From: an uncultured Candidatus Saccharibacteria bacterium
Lineage (GTDB): Bacteria; Patescibacteriota; Minisyncoccia; Phycocordibacterales; XYD1-FULL-46-19
Length of the DNA: 51,313 nt
Assembly: GCA_964639285.1 (NCBI GenBank)
Contig: CAZXCI010000001.1
Location: 285,757 to 337,069 of the forward strand
Reading direction: 5' to 3'
Every line of letters begins with the position of its first letter. Position 1 is the first letter of the stretch. Shown piece after piece: positions 16,655 through 26,689 of this stretch. The notes beneath the pieces are model-generated. The model did no database searches, was not told the origin of the DNA, and was given only the letters and a program-made list of their open reading frames with translations. The translations under genes were made by a program, and so were the position numbers.

Positions 16655-17915
16655 TATCTCTTATCACCTCGACCTTTTTACCGGTTAATGCTTCGTACCG
16701 TTTGATTGCCAAGTCGCAGAAGATTGGCTCAAGTTCGACAGCGTAAATTCTTCGTTTTAATTGTTCCCCGGCAATTAGGGTACTGCCTGAGCCCGAGAAG
16801 CTGTCTAAGATGATGTCACCAGGCTTAGTACAACGCAGAATTGCTTTGTGATGAAGCTCTGGTGGTTTAGTGGTGGCATGCTCGTAATCCTTGCTTGCTA
16901 CTCTCTTGGCTGTCCAAATGTCACCAATTTCTTTTAAGAGGTCGTTCCCTGTGCTTAACTCCTCGTTCATCACTTCATTAAGGTCAGTCTTCCCTTCGGC
17001 GATATATGGCTTGCCTTTAGTGCCGTAAGTGCAAGGCTCATAACATTTGTTGAAGGCGACCCCAGGGGTGGGATTCTGGCTGTTCTTGATCCAGAGACAG
17101 ACTCGCTTGTTGTCGATTCCTAGCTCACGGTAGAGGGTCTGAATTAGCCAGATATACTTCTGGTCAGACCAGTAAAAGATGTGGATGTCGGGCGAAGAAA
17201 CGAGTAGTGCGTTTTCGAGACTCTTTTTGAGAAAGTCGTGATATTCGTTATCAGTTCGGCTGTCGACAACCGCCCCGCCGTAATTGTTCTTTCCCCCAAT
17301 TCCACCGTTATAGTCAATTTTGATATTGTAGACCGGGTCGGAGTAGATCATAGTAGCTTTGTCTTCACCAAAGAGCCGTTTAAGGACTTCGGGGTCAGTT
17401 GAATCGCCACAGATGAGCTTGTGGCTACCTAAGATGATTAAGTCACCTTTTTGGGTTTTAGGCTCCTTAATTTCCTTGAGAGCCTTCTTGATGTCAAAGT
17501 TCTCCTCCTTAGTTTCTTGGTCGTCCCAAAAACTAGCGAGTTCGATTGGGTCGAAGCCAATATCAGTGAGAAAGTCGATGTCGAAGTCTTTAAGGGCTTC
17601 ATAATCCCAATCACCTGTGACAGCGTTACTGGTCAATAGATATCGCTCATACTCCTCTTGGGTTAAGGGGCGATTAGGAATGCGGACGTCGATTAATTCT
17701 TCCCCTCGGCCCAATAGTTGCAGGGCTTTAATGCGTTGGTGGCCAGCGATGATCTTGTTATCAGTATCAATCGCTGGGATTTCGACTAAGTTGAATAATT
17801 TGAGGCTTTTTTTCAGGTCAGCCATTTGCTTGTCTGAAATCAAGCGAGGGTTCTTAGAGAAGGGTAAGAGTTCGTTGACTTTGCGCTTCTCGGTGGACCA
17901 GATTAAGTTGTCCAT
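16632..17915 (-). CDS. ParB/Srx-domain fused N6/N4 DNA methyltransferase (phage-type)
   Basis: N-terminal KNPR...IAGHQRI; SDPVYN (DPPY variant), HATTKP, DSFSGSGST. Confidence 0.88.
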   Translation of the reverse strand: MDNLIWSTEKRKVNELLPFSKNPRLISDKQMADLKKSLKLFNLVEIPAIDTDNKIIAGHQRIKALQLLGRGEELIDVRIPNRPLTQEEYERYLLTSNAVTGDWDYEALKDFDIDFLTDIGFDPIELASFWDDQETKEENFDIKKALKEIKEPKTQKGDLIILGSHKLICGDSTDPEVLKRLFGEDKATMIYSDPVYNIKIDYNGGIGGKNNYGGAVVDSRTDNEYHDFLKKSLENALLVSSPDIHIFYWSDQKYIWLIQTLYRELGIDNKRVCLWIKNSQNPTPGVAFNKCYEPCTYGTKGKPYIAEGKTDLNEVMNEELSTGNDLLKEIGDIWTAKRVASKDYEHATTKPPELHHKAILRCTKPGDIILDSFSGSGSTLIAGEQLKRRIYAVELEPIFCDLAIKRYEALTGKKVEVIRDNEEAQIS

Positions 17916-18259
17916 ATAATTTTATAGTTATTAAGCTTTCTAATAAATTGTATGGTGATAGAAAAAACCTATCTCATACAAAAGAACGCTGGAGTTTGAT
18001 TAAAACATCACTTTTGCATGGAATAGGTAGGTCCTCGAGGACGCACTACGCTATTTTTTTTGTTACTCAGGCAGATTTTGGTTAGGTCATAGGCGTTTTG
18101 GTTAAACTGATAATTAAGTAGCTACTTTTAGTATAGGGCATCTCTAAAACGCAACGTCCTTATTGGGCATCTAAGCTTACAAAACTGGGGATAACTTTTT
18201 GATAAAAGTGGAAATTGTTTTAGAGGGCAAGATGTGGTATAATATGGTCATAATTTCTT

Positions 18260-20566
18260 ATGATTTCGAAGATAAATAAGATTAAAAAGTTGGGGATATT
18301 TGACAGTTACGTCCCTTTGCCGACGCTAAAAGATTTTAAGAAGTATAACCTTATTTACGGCTGGAATGGCTGTGGCAAGACTACCCTTACTAGACTATTT
18401 AGTTCTTTAGAGATGGGGTTTAATGAAGAATATCCTGATCTAGAGTATGAAATACAGAATGAATCTTCATTAAGATTTACCAATGGGGCACAATTTAATC
18501 AGAAAATTCGCATATTTAATCAAGATTATGTAAGCAATAACCTTGCGATAAGAGAAGGAAAAACTAAGTCTATAACTTTAATCTTGGGAGATGCAAGTAA
18601 AGAAGTAGTATCCCAAATAGAAGAGGATGAAAAAAGCATTTTTAAGAAAAATCTAGATCTTTCCAACGGAAACAAGATACTAGAATTAAAAGAAAAAACT
18701 AGAGATAAAATTTTTTCTGATGTTGCTAAAAATATTTATACGGCCATCTTCGGTAGTGCAATAAGAAATTATAAAAGTAATAATGCGAAAGATGATTTTA
18801 AAAAGTTAGCAAAGAAAAATATATTACAAGACGGTGACTTGGACAAGCTGATCGTTGCCGTTAAGCAGTCACCGTTGCCACTCATTGATCCTCTAAAGAA
18901 TATAGAATTTGACATATTGAATAGTGAGAGAAAAGAGAGCCTAAAAGACAAAATACAACAAATTGTAGATGCCTCAAAATCATTAGTGGCAGAAAAAGTT
19001 GAGTCTATTTTTATTGAAAGATTGCGTAACAATAGAGAGATTTCTAATTGGGTAGAAACAGGGCTTAAAATACATCTTAATAATAAATCGAGTAGGTGCG
19101 AATTTTGTAGTCAACAAATACCACAAATAAGAATTGATGAATTATCGAAGTATTTTAATGAGGCAGATAAAATCTTAAAAGAAAAGATAGATGTTCTTAT
19201 TGGCGAAATAAATATTGTAAAAGAAAAAATAGAGGGATCAAAAAATATTCCAGACATCGCAAGGCTATATAAAGAATTAATGGAAGAATATAAGATAGCC
19301 AGTATCAATTTCCCCAGAATTGCAGACCATTTGTTAATCGAGATAGAAAAATTTATAGAAATACTAAAAGATAAAAAAGCAAAGACAACGGAATCGGAGT
19401 CCCTAGATAATGAGATCAATTTAAGCGAGTTTGAAGATGCTTTTACTCGCATAAATAATTTCATAAATACACATAACAAGAAGACTTCGGCATTTGAAAA
19501 AGAGCAAGAGGCTAACATAGAAAAGATAAAGGAACATTACTTAAGCTCAATCTCTGACGAAGTGATTAGTGTGGAGGAAGAAATAAAAAAATTGAAAGAA
19601 GACATAGAGATACTAAAGAATGGAGACAAAAATAAACCAGAAGATTTAGGAATTAATCAATTAAATTTAAGAATAATTGAAAATAGATCAAAAGTATCCT
19701 CTACTCAAAAAGCCTGCCTTGACATCAATAAGGGGTTAGAGACTTTTCTCGGGAGAAAAGAACTGGTGTTTGAATCACACAAAATAAAGATAAAGGATGA
19801 AAACGGGAATGATACAGAAATAGATGATGGCTACTTGATAAAAAGAGAGGGTAAAATAGTTAAAAATTTAAGTGAAGGAGAAAAGACGGCGATAGCTTTT
19901 GTCTACTTCATCATCCACTTAAAAGATCCGTCCTTTAACAAAGAAGAAGGGATAATAGTGATAGATGACCCGATCTCAAGTCTGGACTCCAATTCCATAT
20001 TTCAAGCTTTTAGTTTTTTAAAAAATTCAGTAAAAGACACACAGCAAGTTTTTATATTAACTCACAATTTCGACTTTTTAAGACTACTTTTAAATTGGCT
20101 GAGTTATCGTGATCTTAAAAACGATTCTTCTTTTTATATGATCAACAATAGAGAAACTTCTTTGGGGAGAGAGGCGTTTATCGATAAATTGGATGATGAT
20201 TTAGAAAAATATGAGACAGAGTATAACTACTTATTTAACAAATTAATAAATTTTGAGTCTAAAGGAACTATTGAATCTGTTTATAATCTCCCAAACATAA
20301 CAAGAAAAGTTTTGGAAACTTTTCTAATGTTTAGAGTCCCAAGCAACGATAGTTTCTACAAAAAACTTGAATATCTGAAGACATATTTTGACGAAAACAA
20401 AATAACGGCAATATATAAATTTACTAATGACCAATCTCATATCACTGGAAAAGGTTTTGGCCCTTGTCTAGTTCCGGAAACGCAGAAGGTTGTCAAATAT
20501 ATGTTGGATCTTATCGAAGCAACATTTCCAGATCATTACAGAATAATGACAACCAAGAATTTATGA
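18260..20566 (+). CDS. RloC-like ABC/SMC ATPase with zinc hook and C-terminal HEPN nuclease (AAA_13)
   Basis: GWNGCGKT Walker A, CEFC zinc hook in coiled coil, LSEGEK signature, IDDPISSLD Walker B, LTHN, RKVLETFL...NDQSH. Confidence 0.82.
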   Translation: MISKINKIKKLGIFDSYVPLPTLKDFKKYNLIYGWNGCGKTTLTRLFSSLEMGFNEEYPDLEYEIQNESSLRFTNGAQFNQKIRIFNQDYVSNNLAIREGKTKSITLILGDASKEVVSQIEEDEKSIFKKNLDLSNGNKILELKEKTRDKIFSDVAKNIYTAIFGSAIRNYKSNNAKDDFKKLAKKNILQDGDLDKLIVAVKQSPLPLIDPLKNIEFDILNSERKESLKDKIQQIVDASKSLVAEKVESIFIERLRNNREISNWVETGLKIHLNNKSSRCEFCSQQIPQIRIDELSKYFNEADKILKEKIDVLIGEINIVKEKIEGSKNIPDIARLYKELMEEYKIASINFPRIADHLLIEIEKFIEILKDKKAKTTESESLDNEINLSEFEDAFTRINNFINTHNKKTSAFEKEQEANIEKIKEHYLSSISDEVISVEEEIKKLKEDIEILKNGDKNKPEDLGINQLNLRIIENRSKVSSTQKACLDINKGLETFLGRKELVFESHKIKIKDENGNDTEIDDGYLIKREGKIVKNLSEGEKTAIAFVYFIIHLKDPSFNKEEGIIVIDDPISSLDSNSIFQAFSFLKNSVKDTQQVFILTHNFDFLRLLLNWLSYRDLKNDSSFYMINNRETSLGREAFIDKLDDDLEKYETEYNYLFNKLINFESKGTIESVYNLPNITRKVLETFLMFRVPSNDSFYKKLEYLKTYFDENKITAIYKFTNDQSHITGKGFGPCLVPETQKVVKYMLDLIEATFPDHYRIMTTKNL

Positions 20567-21654
20567 CGGGAAGTCTCCGGGACAGACAGTATTATTCAGA
20601 TCTCTACGACCGCCACACTGTCGAAGAATGTCGACGTTGGGTCAAAAAATCAGACGATAAAGAACAAATAGATAAAGGGGTCAAAAATCTCAAGATAACC
20701 AGAGCGAAGGCAAAAATCGTGCTCAAGTGTGTTAACGAGCTTTCACTTTATTTTATCTCTGGCGAACGCTATGCCAATAAATCAACGACTATTCGTGAAT
20801 GGGAAGAAAGAGATAGAGCCAGAGATGAGTTACTAGAAAATGCTAAAGCCCCTGATTCAATCGCTTGTCTATCCTGTGGCCGTCTAATGTTTGTTTCTTC
20901 TAAACACCTTGATCTTGGAGGCTTAAAAGGTCCCGAGCGTGTCCTCTTTATGTACGACTGTCCTCTTGACCACTTACCACGTCGAGCTTTCTACCACACG
21001 GGTGAAGAATGGCGTTGTCCTCCTCACGAGTGTCCTAAATGTAAAGCTGAATTTAAAAGAGAAACAGAACGAGAAGAAGGCAAAAAGATTATTATAAAAT
21101 ACACTTGTCGTAAATGTGGCTATGTCGAAAATGAAGAAATAGATCTAACTGATAAACCTAAGGAAAAAGAGAAAATCGACCCAGAGTTTGCAAAGGATAG
21201 AGATCGTTTTTGTTTGTCCGAGGAAGATGGTGGGAAATATGTTCAGGAAAAAGCAAAGTTAGAATCAATCGGCCCTTTCCTTGAAGAATGGAAGAAAAAA
21301 GAAGAACATAAAGAAGAATACGAAGCTGTCTCTAGGCTCAAGAAATTAAAGATAACCGAGCTCGAGGAATTACTAAATCCTATTTTAGAAAAAGCTGACT
21401 ATATTAAACTCCAATTCAAAGATCCTGAAATGAACAAGGACGTTTTTCTACCTTTTGTTGTTTATGACAAACAGGCCAATCGGGGTGATCGAGAAAGTGA
21501 GATTAAACTCAAAAAATTGATTAATAAGACCCTTGAAGATACCAATTGGCGACTTATGAGTGACGGAGTTAATTATCGCTTAGGAATGCTTAGCGGACGT
21601 CTAAGGGGTTATGAGAGAGAGGAAGATTTAGTTAAAATTGTTAATAGAAAGTAA
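20563..21654 (+). CDS. Hypothetical zinc-ribbon protein
   Basis: CLSCG, CPLDH, CPKCK, CRKCG motifs; ATGA overlap with the upstream stop gives start 20563. Confidence 0.7.
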   Translation: MTGSLRDRQYYSDLYDRHTVEECRRWVKKSDDKEQIDKGVKNLKITRAKAKIVLKCVNELSLYFISGERYANKSTTIREWEERDRARDELLENAKAPDSIACLSCGRLMFVSSKHLDLGGLKGPERVLFMYDCPLDHLPRRAFYHTGEEWRCPPHECPKCKAEFKRETEREEGKKIIIKYTCRKCGYVENEEIDLTDKPKEKEKIDPEFAKDRDRFCLSEEDGGKYVQEKAKLESIGPFLEEWKKKEEHKEEYEAVSRLKKLKITELEELLNPILEKADYIKLQFKDPEMNKDVFLPFVVYDKQANRGDRESEIKLKKLINKTLEDTNWRLMSDGVNYRLGMLSGRLRGYEREEDLVKIVNRK

Positions 21655-21655
21655 A

Positions 21656-22960
21656 ATGTCAACTCTGGGTCCAACAATAATTTTTGATAAATCATTACTT
21701 CAATCATTAAGTGAAGATGAATCTGTTTGGCTTGATGCTTTTTACCACTCAATAATTACACCATTATTTTATATTGAAACTCTTGCTGACCTAAAAAAAG
21801 AGACAAACGCACGTCTTCCAGAAGATATTGTCCGCATAATTGCGAATAAGGTTCCAGAGATGAGTTCCAGTCCTAACACTCACCACCGAGAATTGTGCAT
21901 CGCGAATCTTCTAGGGCACGAAATAAGTTTTTCACGAAGACCCGTCCTTAACGGAGGAAAATTTTATACCTTAAACAATAAAATAGGAGTCGTCTACGAC
22001 GAACACCCGGAAATCCAAGCTTTCCAAAGATGGCAAAAACAGGAATTTTTAGAAATAGAAAAAGAAATTGCCTCACTATGGAGGAACTCCCTTGTTGAGT
22101 TTGATTACGACTATTTTTTAAAAAAGATACAAGAAATAACCGGCAGTAGTTTTCAAAAACCAAAATCTGTTAAAACGGCTTTTAATATAGCAACAAGTAT
22201 TATCAATGGTCATGGTGACAGGTTTAAGACACTTCAATTACTTCGAGAACTTCTCAATATAAATAGTGAGACTTTTAAAAGAGTGACTAATTTATGGAGC
22301 CAAGAAGATATGGTTCCGATTGGAGTTTTTGCACCTTATTCCTCCCATGTATTAAAAGTCGACATCTTTTTTATTCTGTGTATTAGTAACGGCTTAATCT
22401 CTAGGGTAAGGAAGAGTAACCGAGCGGATGTTGCTTATCTTTACTATTTACCATTCACAAATATATTTACTTCCTGTGATAATCTACACAAAAGAATTGT
22501 GCCCTTGTTTTTAGAATCAGACCAAAGATTTATCGCGGGAGAGGATCTTAAGGATGATCTTTCTAAACTAGATCAGTACTTTGATGAATTAAAAACTAAA
22601 AAGGAAAAAAGTGATGGTGTTTACAGCTTCGCTTGGTATCCTCCCAATAATGATAGGTTTTTGACGGCAAGAATGTGGGATGATCTTAGACCGAAATGGA
22701 GACTAATTGAAAATTCCCCAAGATCAACGGGACGAAAGAATCAAAATGTTCCAGAGGGTCTAAAAGATCATATAAAAAAAGCTTATGAAGAGACAAGGAA
22801 ACAAGAAGGACAAAGGATTCCTCCAGAATTTAATCTTGAAAAGGCAGACGATGTAATCGTTAAAAGACAAATCAGGGGAAGAAGAGGTAAATGGCAATTA
22901 TTCTCTGATGAGATTTTGAATTCTAAAGAGAGGCTAATGGATGATGACAGTAAAACGTAA
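21656..22960 (+). CDS. Hypothetical protein, possible PIN-like fold
   Basis: N-terminal IIFDKS, later DVAYLYYLPF...FTSCD acidic pattern; ATG 1 bp after the upstream stop. Confidence 0.55.
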   Translation: MSTLGPTIIFDKSLLQSLSEDESVWLDAFYHSIITPLFYIETLADLKKETNARLPEDIVRIIANKVPEMSSSPNTHHRELCIANLLGHEISFSRRPVLNGGKFYTLNNKIGVVYDEHPEIQAFQRWQKQEFLEIEKEIASLWRNSLVEFDYDYFLKKIQEITGSSFQKPKSVKTAFNIATSIINGHGDRFKTLQLLRELLNINSETFKRVTNLWSQEDMVPIGVFAPYSSHVLKVDIFFILCISNGLISRVRKSNRADVAYLYYLPFTNIFTSCDNLHKRIVPLFLESDQRFIAGEDLKDDLSKLDQYFDELKTKKEKSDGVYSFAWYPPNNDRFLTARMWDDLRPKWRLIENSPRSTGRKNQNVPEGLKDHIKKAYEETRKQEGQRIPPEFNLEKADDVIVKRQIRGRRGKWQLFSDEILNSKERLMDDDSKT

Positions 22961-23023
22961 ACTATAAAAAGTGTCACTTTTGTCACTTTTTGTTAAAATG
23001 AGATTGCTAGAATTTCTTAAACT

Positions 23024-23566
23024 ATGAACTCACATCTTAAAAATATTCGCTTGTGTGAGGGGAATTTGAGGAAAAAGAACAAGATAAGAGACAAATTCAA
23101 GAGTACAAGGCTAAAATCAATCACCCCTGCTCAGGCGGTGCTTTTTCGTGCCCTAGGTCCTTTGAGCAAAGAGTATGAGTTTAAAGTAGTTAAAGAAAGA
23201 GAAATTTATACTAAAAATGGCGTGCGGTTTGCGGACCTCTTTATAAAGAAATATGGATTAATAATCGAGGTCGATGGAGGTTATCATTCAACTACTGAGC
23301 AGAAAGAAAAAGATTTACAGCGTGATAAAGAGATATGGGATAAAAAGAGAATTCTTACATTAAGGGTCAATAATCAGGAGATATTAAACAATATAGATGA
23401 AACTCTTAATACTATAAGATCTGTTCTGTTAAGATTATCAACTTTGCCAAACTATAAATCGCCGGGAAAAAGAAAGAATCTTGCCACCACGTTAGCCAGA
23501 AAAAAGATTTCTAGTGATATCAAGAAGAACAAGTCTTTGTTGGGTGCTCAAGTTGCGTCAAACTAA
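23024..23566 (+). CDS. DUF559/Vsr-like endonuclease
   Basis: FADLFI, IIEVDGGYH, RDKEI, LRVNNQEI. Confidence 0.8.
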   Translation: MNSHLKNIRLCEGNLRKKNKIRDKFKSTRLKSITPAQAVLFRALGPLSKEYEFKVVKEREIYTKNGVRFADLFIKKYGLIIEVDGGYHSTTEQKEKDLQRDKEIWDKKRILTLRVNNQEILNNIDETLNTIRSVLLRLSTLPNYKSPGKRKNLATTLARKKISSDIKKNKSLLGAQVASN

Positions 23567-23615
23567 ATTATAAATTACACTAAAAATAACCTTACAGGGC
23601 TTGGTTCAAGACAGT

Positions 23616-23800
23616 TCGAGCTCTAGTCGGCCAGCAGCCAAGTGAGAGCTATCGAGACTCTTAAAATCGCTATATTTTGCAAAGCATTTTAAGAATGAGT
23701 CATGGGCACGAACCCTCCAAAGGGGTGTCCTAGACTCCTCAAGTTTCGGTAGAAATCATAGGTACTATTCCGCACATTGCATACCTGCTGAGAGCAGTAA
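23616..23800. ncRNA. Candidate multi-hairpin structured RNA/ssDNA element at the right end of the island
   Basis: Five consecutive hairpins: 23616-23655, 23660-23693, 23697-23737, 23761-23785, 23785-23797; no family recognised. Confidence 0.35.
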
Positions 23801-23804
23801 CCAG

Positions 23805-23838
23805 AACATAAAAGCACCCAATTGGGTGCTTTTATGTT
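23805..23838. terminator. Perfect 34-bp palindrome, probable bidirectional terminator
   Basis: aacataaaagcacccaa/ttgggtgcttttatgtt. Confidence 0.75.
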
Positions 23839-23942
23839 TCTTGTCCGGAATTGCTTGCCAAGAAATAGAATCATCCCGTTTTTCTCAGTAACTCTTCTTA
23901 AGTTGGTATTTTCTTAGCTTGCGGTGTCATTATCTTTTATCC

Positions 23943-25067
23943 TTATTTTATCGTCGGAGGAAAGTCAATATCTTTTCTTCTGAGGATGAAAACTGCCAGA
24001 AGGGTCGTGATGGGGACGGCTAAAATAAGGCCAATGCTACCAATAATCGTCCGAATAATTTCCGTAGCGAAAATTTCTCTATTAATCAGATTGGCAACGG
24101 AATCTGTTCTGTTGACGGTAAGAAGAAGAAGTAAAGGCAAGGAAGCTCCTGTGTAAGCTAAGGCGAGAGTATTAACCATTGCCCCAACATGCTCTTTGCC
24201 AATCCTTAAAGCTCGGCGATAAGCAGACCAGGGAGACAGGGACTCACCAGAACGATAGATTTCTGACACCACCACCGTCTGAGTGATAGCAATATCATCT
24301 AAGACACCCAAAACTCCAATGATGATTCCGCCCAGTAACAAGCCCGAAAAGTTTAAGGCCCCTTTTGTACTAACATCGAGATACACAGACTCATCAGCGG
24401 AAAGGCCGCTCAGTCTTCCCCATTCTACTCCCCAATAAGCCAAGATTCCTGTCAAAACAACGGCTAAGACCGTACCGAGAAAAGCAACGAGCGACTCTCG
24501 ATTGAAGCCATGAGTTAAGAAGATGGCTAAAGATAAAATGACTGAGGCCAGAACAACACTTGTCAGGATGGGAGGATATCCATTTACGAGACTCGGCAAC
24601 AAGATATAAAAAATAATAAAAAAACTTCCAGCCAGAGAAAAGAGGGAACGAATCCCTTGTTTCCCAGAAAAGATAATAATTACTCCGACAAATAAGGCAA
24701 GGAAAATTAATAAGACCCAACTTCGGTCGACATCGCGGACAGAATAAATTTTCGAACCATCATCATCGACAAATAAAGAGAGGATAACTTTATCTCCCTC
24801 ACGCAAGACGATAAAATCATTTTCTAAAGTGAGTTCTTCCCCCTTATCCTCTCCTTCTAAAAACTCAAGGCTGATGATTTGTTTAGTCACTTTCATCCCT
24901 GTATCTTCGGCAACCTCTTCGGTCTGAGACAAAATCTGCCTGACTTGGGCCTTAAGTAGAGAGATCTGTCCTCCAAGTTCTATCGCCTCAGATCTAGCAA
25001 CAAAATTACTCCCAGGCAAAAAGACCGAAAGGATAAGAAGGATGATAATAGTTTTTATTGATTTCAT
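23943..25067 (-). CDS. YibE/F family membrane protein
   Basis: GIRSLFSL, GVLDDIAITQ, GKEHVGAMVNTLALAYTGASLP, EIIRTIIGSIG. Confidence 0.9.
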   Translation of the reverse strand: MKSIKTIIILLILSVFLPGSNFVARSEAIELGGQISLLKAQVRQILSQTEEVAEDTGMKVTKQIISLEFLEGEDKGEELTLENDFIVLREGDKVILSLFVDDDGSKIYSVRDVDRSWVLLIFLALFVGVIIIFSGKQGIRSLFSLAGSFFIIFYILLPSLVNGYPPILTSVVLASVILSLAIFLTHGFNRESLVAFLGTVLAVVLTGILAYWGVEWGRLSGLSADESVYLDVSTKGALNFSGLLLGGIIIGVLGVLDDIAITQTVVVSEIYRSGESLSPWSAYRRALRIGKEHVGAMVNTLALAYTGASLPLLLLLTVNRTDSVANLINREIFATEIIRTIIGSIGLILAVPITTLLAVFILRRKDIDFPPTIK

Positions 25068-25071
25068 ATTT

Positions 25072-26328
25072 TTAACCAAACATCAAAAGTTCCGGTCGGA
25101 AGATTAGAAGAAGACCGATCAAAATCATAATGATCCCTCCAACCAAACGGGACAAACGAGAATATTTATCACTAAGATTGGTCATCTTGAGAGTAACCAT
25201 AGCGATAGCAAAGACAGCCATATCATCAAGCATAAAGAAGAAAATATAGAGTAGAAGATAAGCGTAATATTGCCAAGTTGTCAGCTCACTAAGAGCTAAG
25301 ACCTGTGTATAAATTGCTGGCAGACCCGCTGAACAAATCATCTCAACCAGATTAATGGCTACCGCCAGGATAATAATTCCCCCTAAGGCTAACCAGAAAT
25401 TGTTTTGCTGGACGACTAATCTCATCTTATCAAGAAACTTTTGTTGTTTTTCCCCACGACTGACCTCGCAGACATTTTGTTTCTTTGTAAAATAATCACG
25501 CAAACTATAGGCACCACCACCAAGAGCCAAGAGACCAATCCCCCACCTTAGCCAAACGATAAAGCCGAGAAGGAGAATAATATTAAGCCAAGCAGACATG
25601 AAGAAGAAATAGACAACCGCTGAGGTAAAGATGAAGGCTGAACCCAAAACCCAGACCCGCTTTCGGTCCTCGACCCCCAACAGCAAAGTAATAAGGAAGA
25701 CGAGAGCCCACATCGCGCAAGGATTAAAACCATCGAGTAAGCCCATCACGATCGTCAAGAGAGGAAGAGAGAAGCTAACCGGATCAACTTCGCCTAATAA
25801 AGGCAGAGCAATTAATTTACTTGACGTGCTAACGGTTGTCGTCGCCGACACCCCTGATCGCTCAATAGAGGGAAATTTAACAGAAAGATTTGGCTGTCCA
25901 TCGTTAATTACTGAAGCTTGCTGATCTTGGTTCAAAAGAGGAACAACGAGATCAGGACAAACCCTCGTCAGGCAAGAATCAATTTGTTGTTTAATTTCCC
26001 GATCGGTAATTCCCTTCCCGAAACCAATAAAGGGTTTGTCGCCGATAACCAGAAAGGGGACGCCAGCAACTTTAACTTGGAATTCATCGGCAACCTTTTC
26101 AAACAAAGAACTATTTTCTTGATTAAAATAGACTTCATACTTATTGATTATCAAATCTGGGTATTCTTTTAATAAATCGCTCTTAAAGAAATCTTCCGCC
26201 TTGGCACAGTGAAGACAACCATCACCATAAAAAAAATAGAGATCCGGCACAGATCCTAACACACGAATCGGGCTCAATAATAAAAGACCAAAGAGAAAAA
26301 CTGGTAAAATAATACGATTAAATTTCAT
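25072..26328 (-). CDS. Glutaredoxin/thioredoxin-like domain fused to CcdA/DsbD-type membrane domain
   Basis: Signal peptide, GCLHC, then TM helices with DGFNPCAMW and EMICSAGLP. Confidence 0.82.
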   Translation of the reverse strand: MKFNRIILPVFLFGLLLLSPIRVLGSVPDLYFFYGDGCLHCAKAEDFFKSDLLKEYPDLIINKYEVYFNQENSSLFEKVADEFQVKVAGVPFLVIGDKPFIGFGKGITDREIKQQIDSCLTRVCPDLVVPLLNQDQQASVINDGQPNLSVKFPSIERSGVSATTTVSTSSKLIALPLLGEVDPVSFSLPLLTIVMGLLDGFNPCAMWALVFLITLLLGVEDRKRVWVLGSAFIFTSAVVYFFFMSAWLNIILLLGFIVWLRWGIGLLALGGGAYSLRDYFTKKQNVCEVSRGEKQQKFLDKMRLVVQQNNFWLALGGIIILAVAINLVEMICSAGLPAIYTQVLALSELTTWQYYAYLLLYIFFFMLDDMAVFAIAMVTLKMTNLSDKYSRLSRLVGGIIMILIGLLLIFRPELLMFG

Positions 26329-26337
26329 AATACTCTA

Positions 26338-26616
26338 TCATTTATTAATAATTTTGATGGCTTTACCGTTAATCAAGGCTTCAGCAATTTTTTCATAAGC
26401 CGAATACAGAATTCTCTGGTAAGTACTAGCCGAAGTTGACATCTCCCGTGCCGCTTCTTTTTGGTCTAAATTACGAGCGTGACGTAATCGATAGGCTTCA
26501 AGTTCTTCCGTACTTAATTCTACCACTTCTAACAAACGAAGTGGAATCCCCTGCGGTTTAAAATAAGTGACTCGAGGGTCAAATTGAATTTTACGACACA
26601 GTCTTGGTCGAGGCAT
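26338..26616 (-). CDS. DUF134 family DNA-binding protein
   Basis: MPRPRLCR, FKPQG, EELEAYRL, QKEAAREM, KIAEALINGK. Confidence 0.9.
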   Translation of the reverse strand: MPRPRLCRKIQFDPRVTYFKPQGIPLRLLEVVELSTEELEAYRLRHARNLDQKEAAREMSTSASTYQRILYSAYEKIAEALINGKAIKIINK

Positions 26617-26689
26617 ATTTTTATATTTTAAAATTATTTAACTGACAAAGCTACCCGCGCGCAGGGTAACCTCATCAAAAGAAAATGGG

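Larger units (their letters stand above)
6840..23850. mobile_element. Genomic island (defence/integrative element) downstream of tRNA-Gln
   Basis: Visibly AT-richer than the flanks for most of its length; R-M, RloC-like, serine recombinase and phage-type TerS/ParB-MTase genes; boundaries approximate, no clear att duplication found. Confidence 0.75.

Noticed and set aside
20464-20562. N-terminal extension of the Zn-ribbon ORF
   Set aside because: It overlaps the RloC-like gene by ~100 bp; the ATGA coupling at 20563 is the more likely start.
23600-23642. CTTGGTTC and GCAGCCAA resemble pieces of the tRNA-Gln 3' end (possible attR)
   Set aside because: Only two separate 8-bp matches with the wrong spacing; expected by chance, and serine recombinases do not need tRNA duplications.
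23630-23740. Group I intron core (CAGCAGCCAAG, GAGACT, AAGAATGAGTC resemble Q/R/S) with DUF559 as homing endonuclease
   Set aside because: I found no upstream P4/P3 partner, P1 or interrupted exon, and GAGTC pairs better locally with GACTC at 23733.
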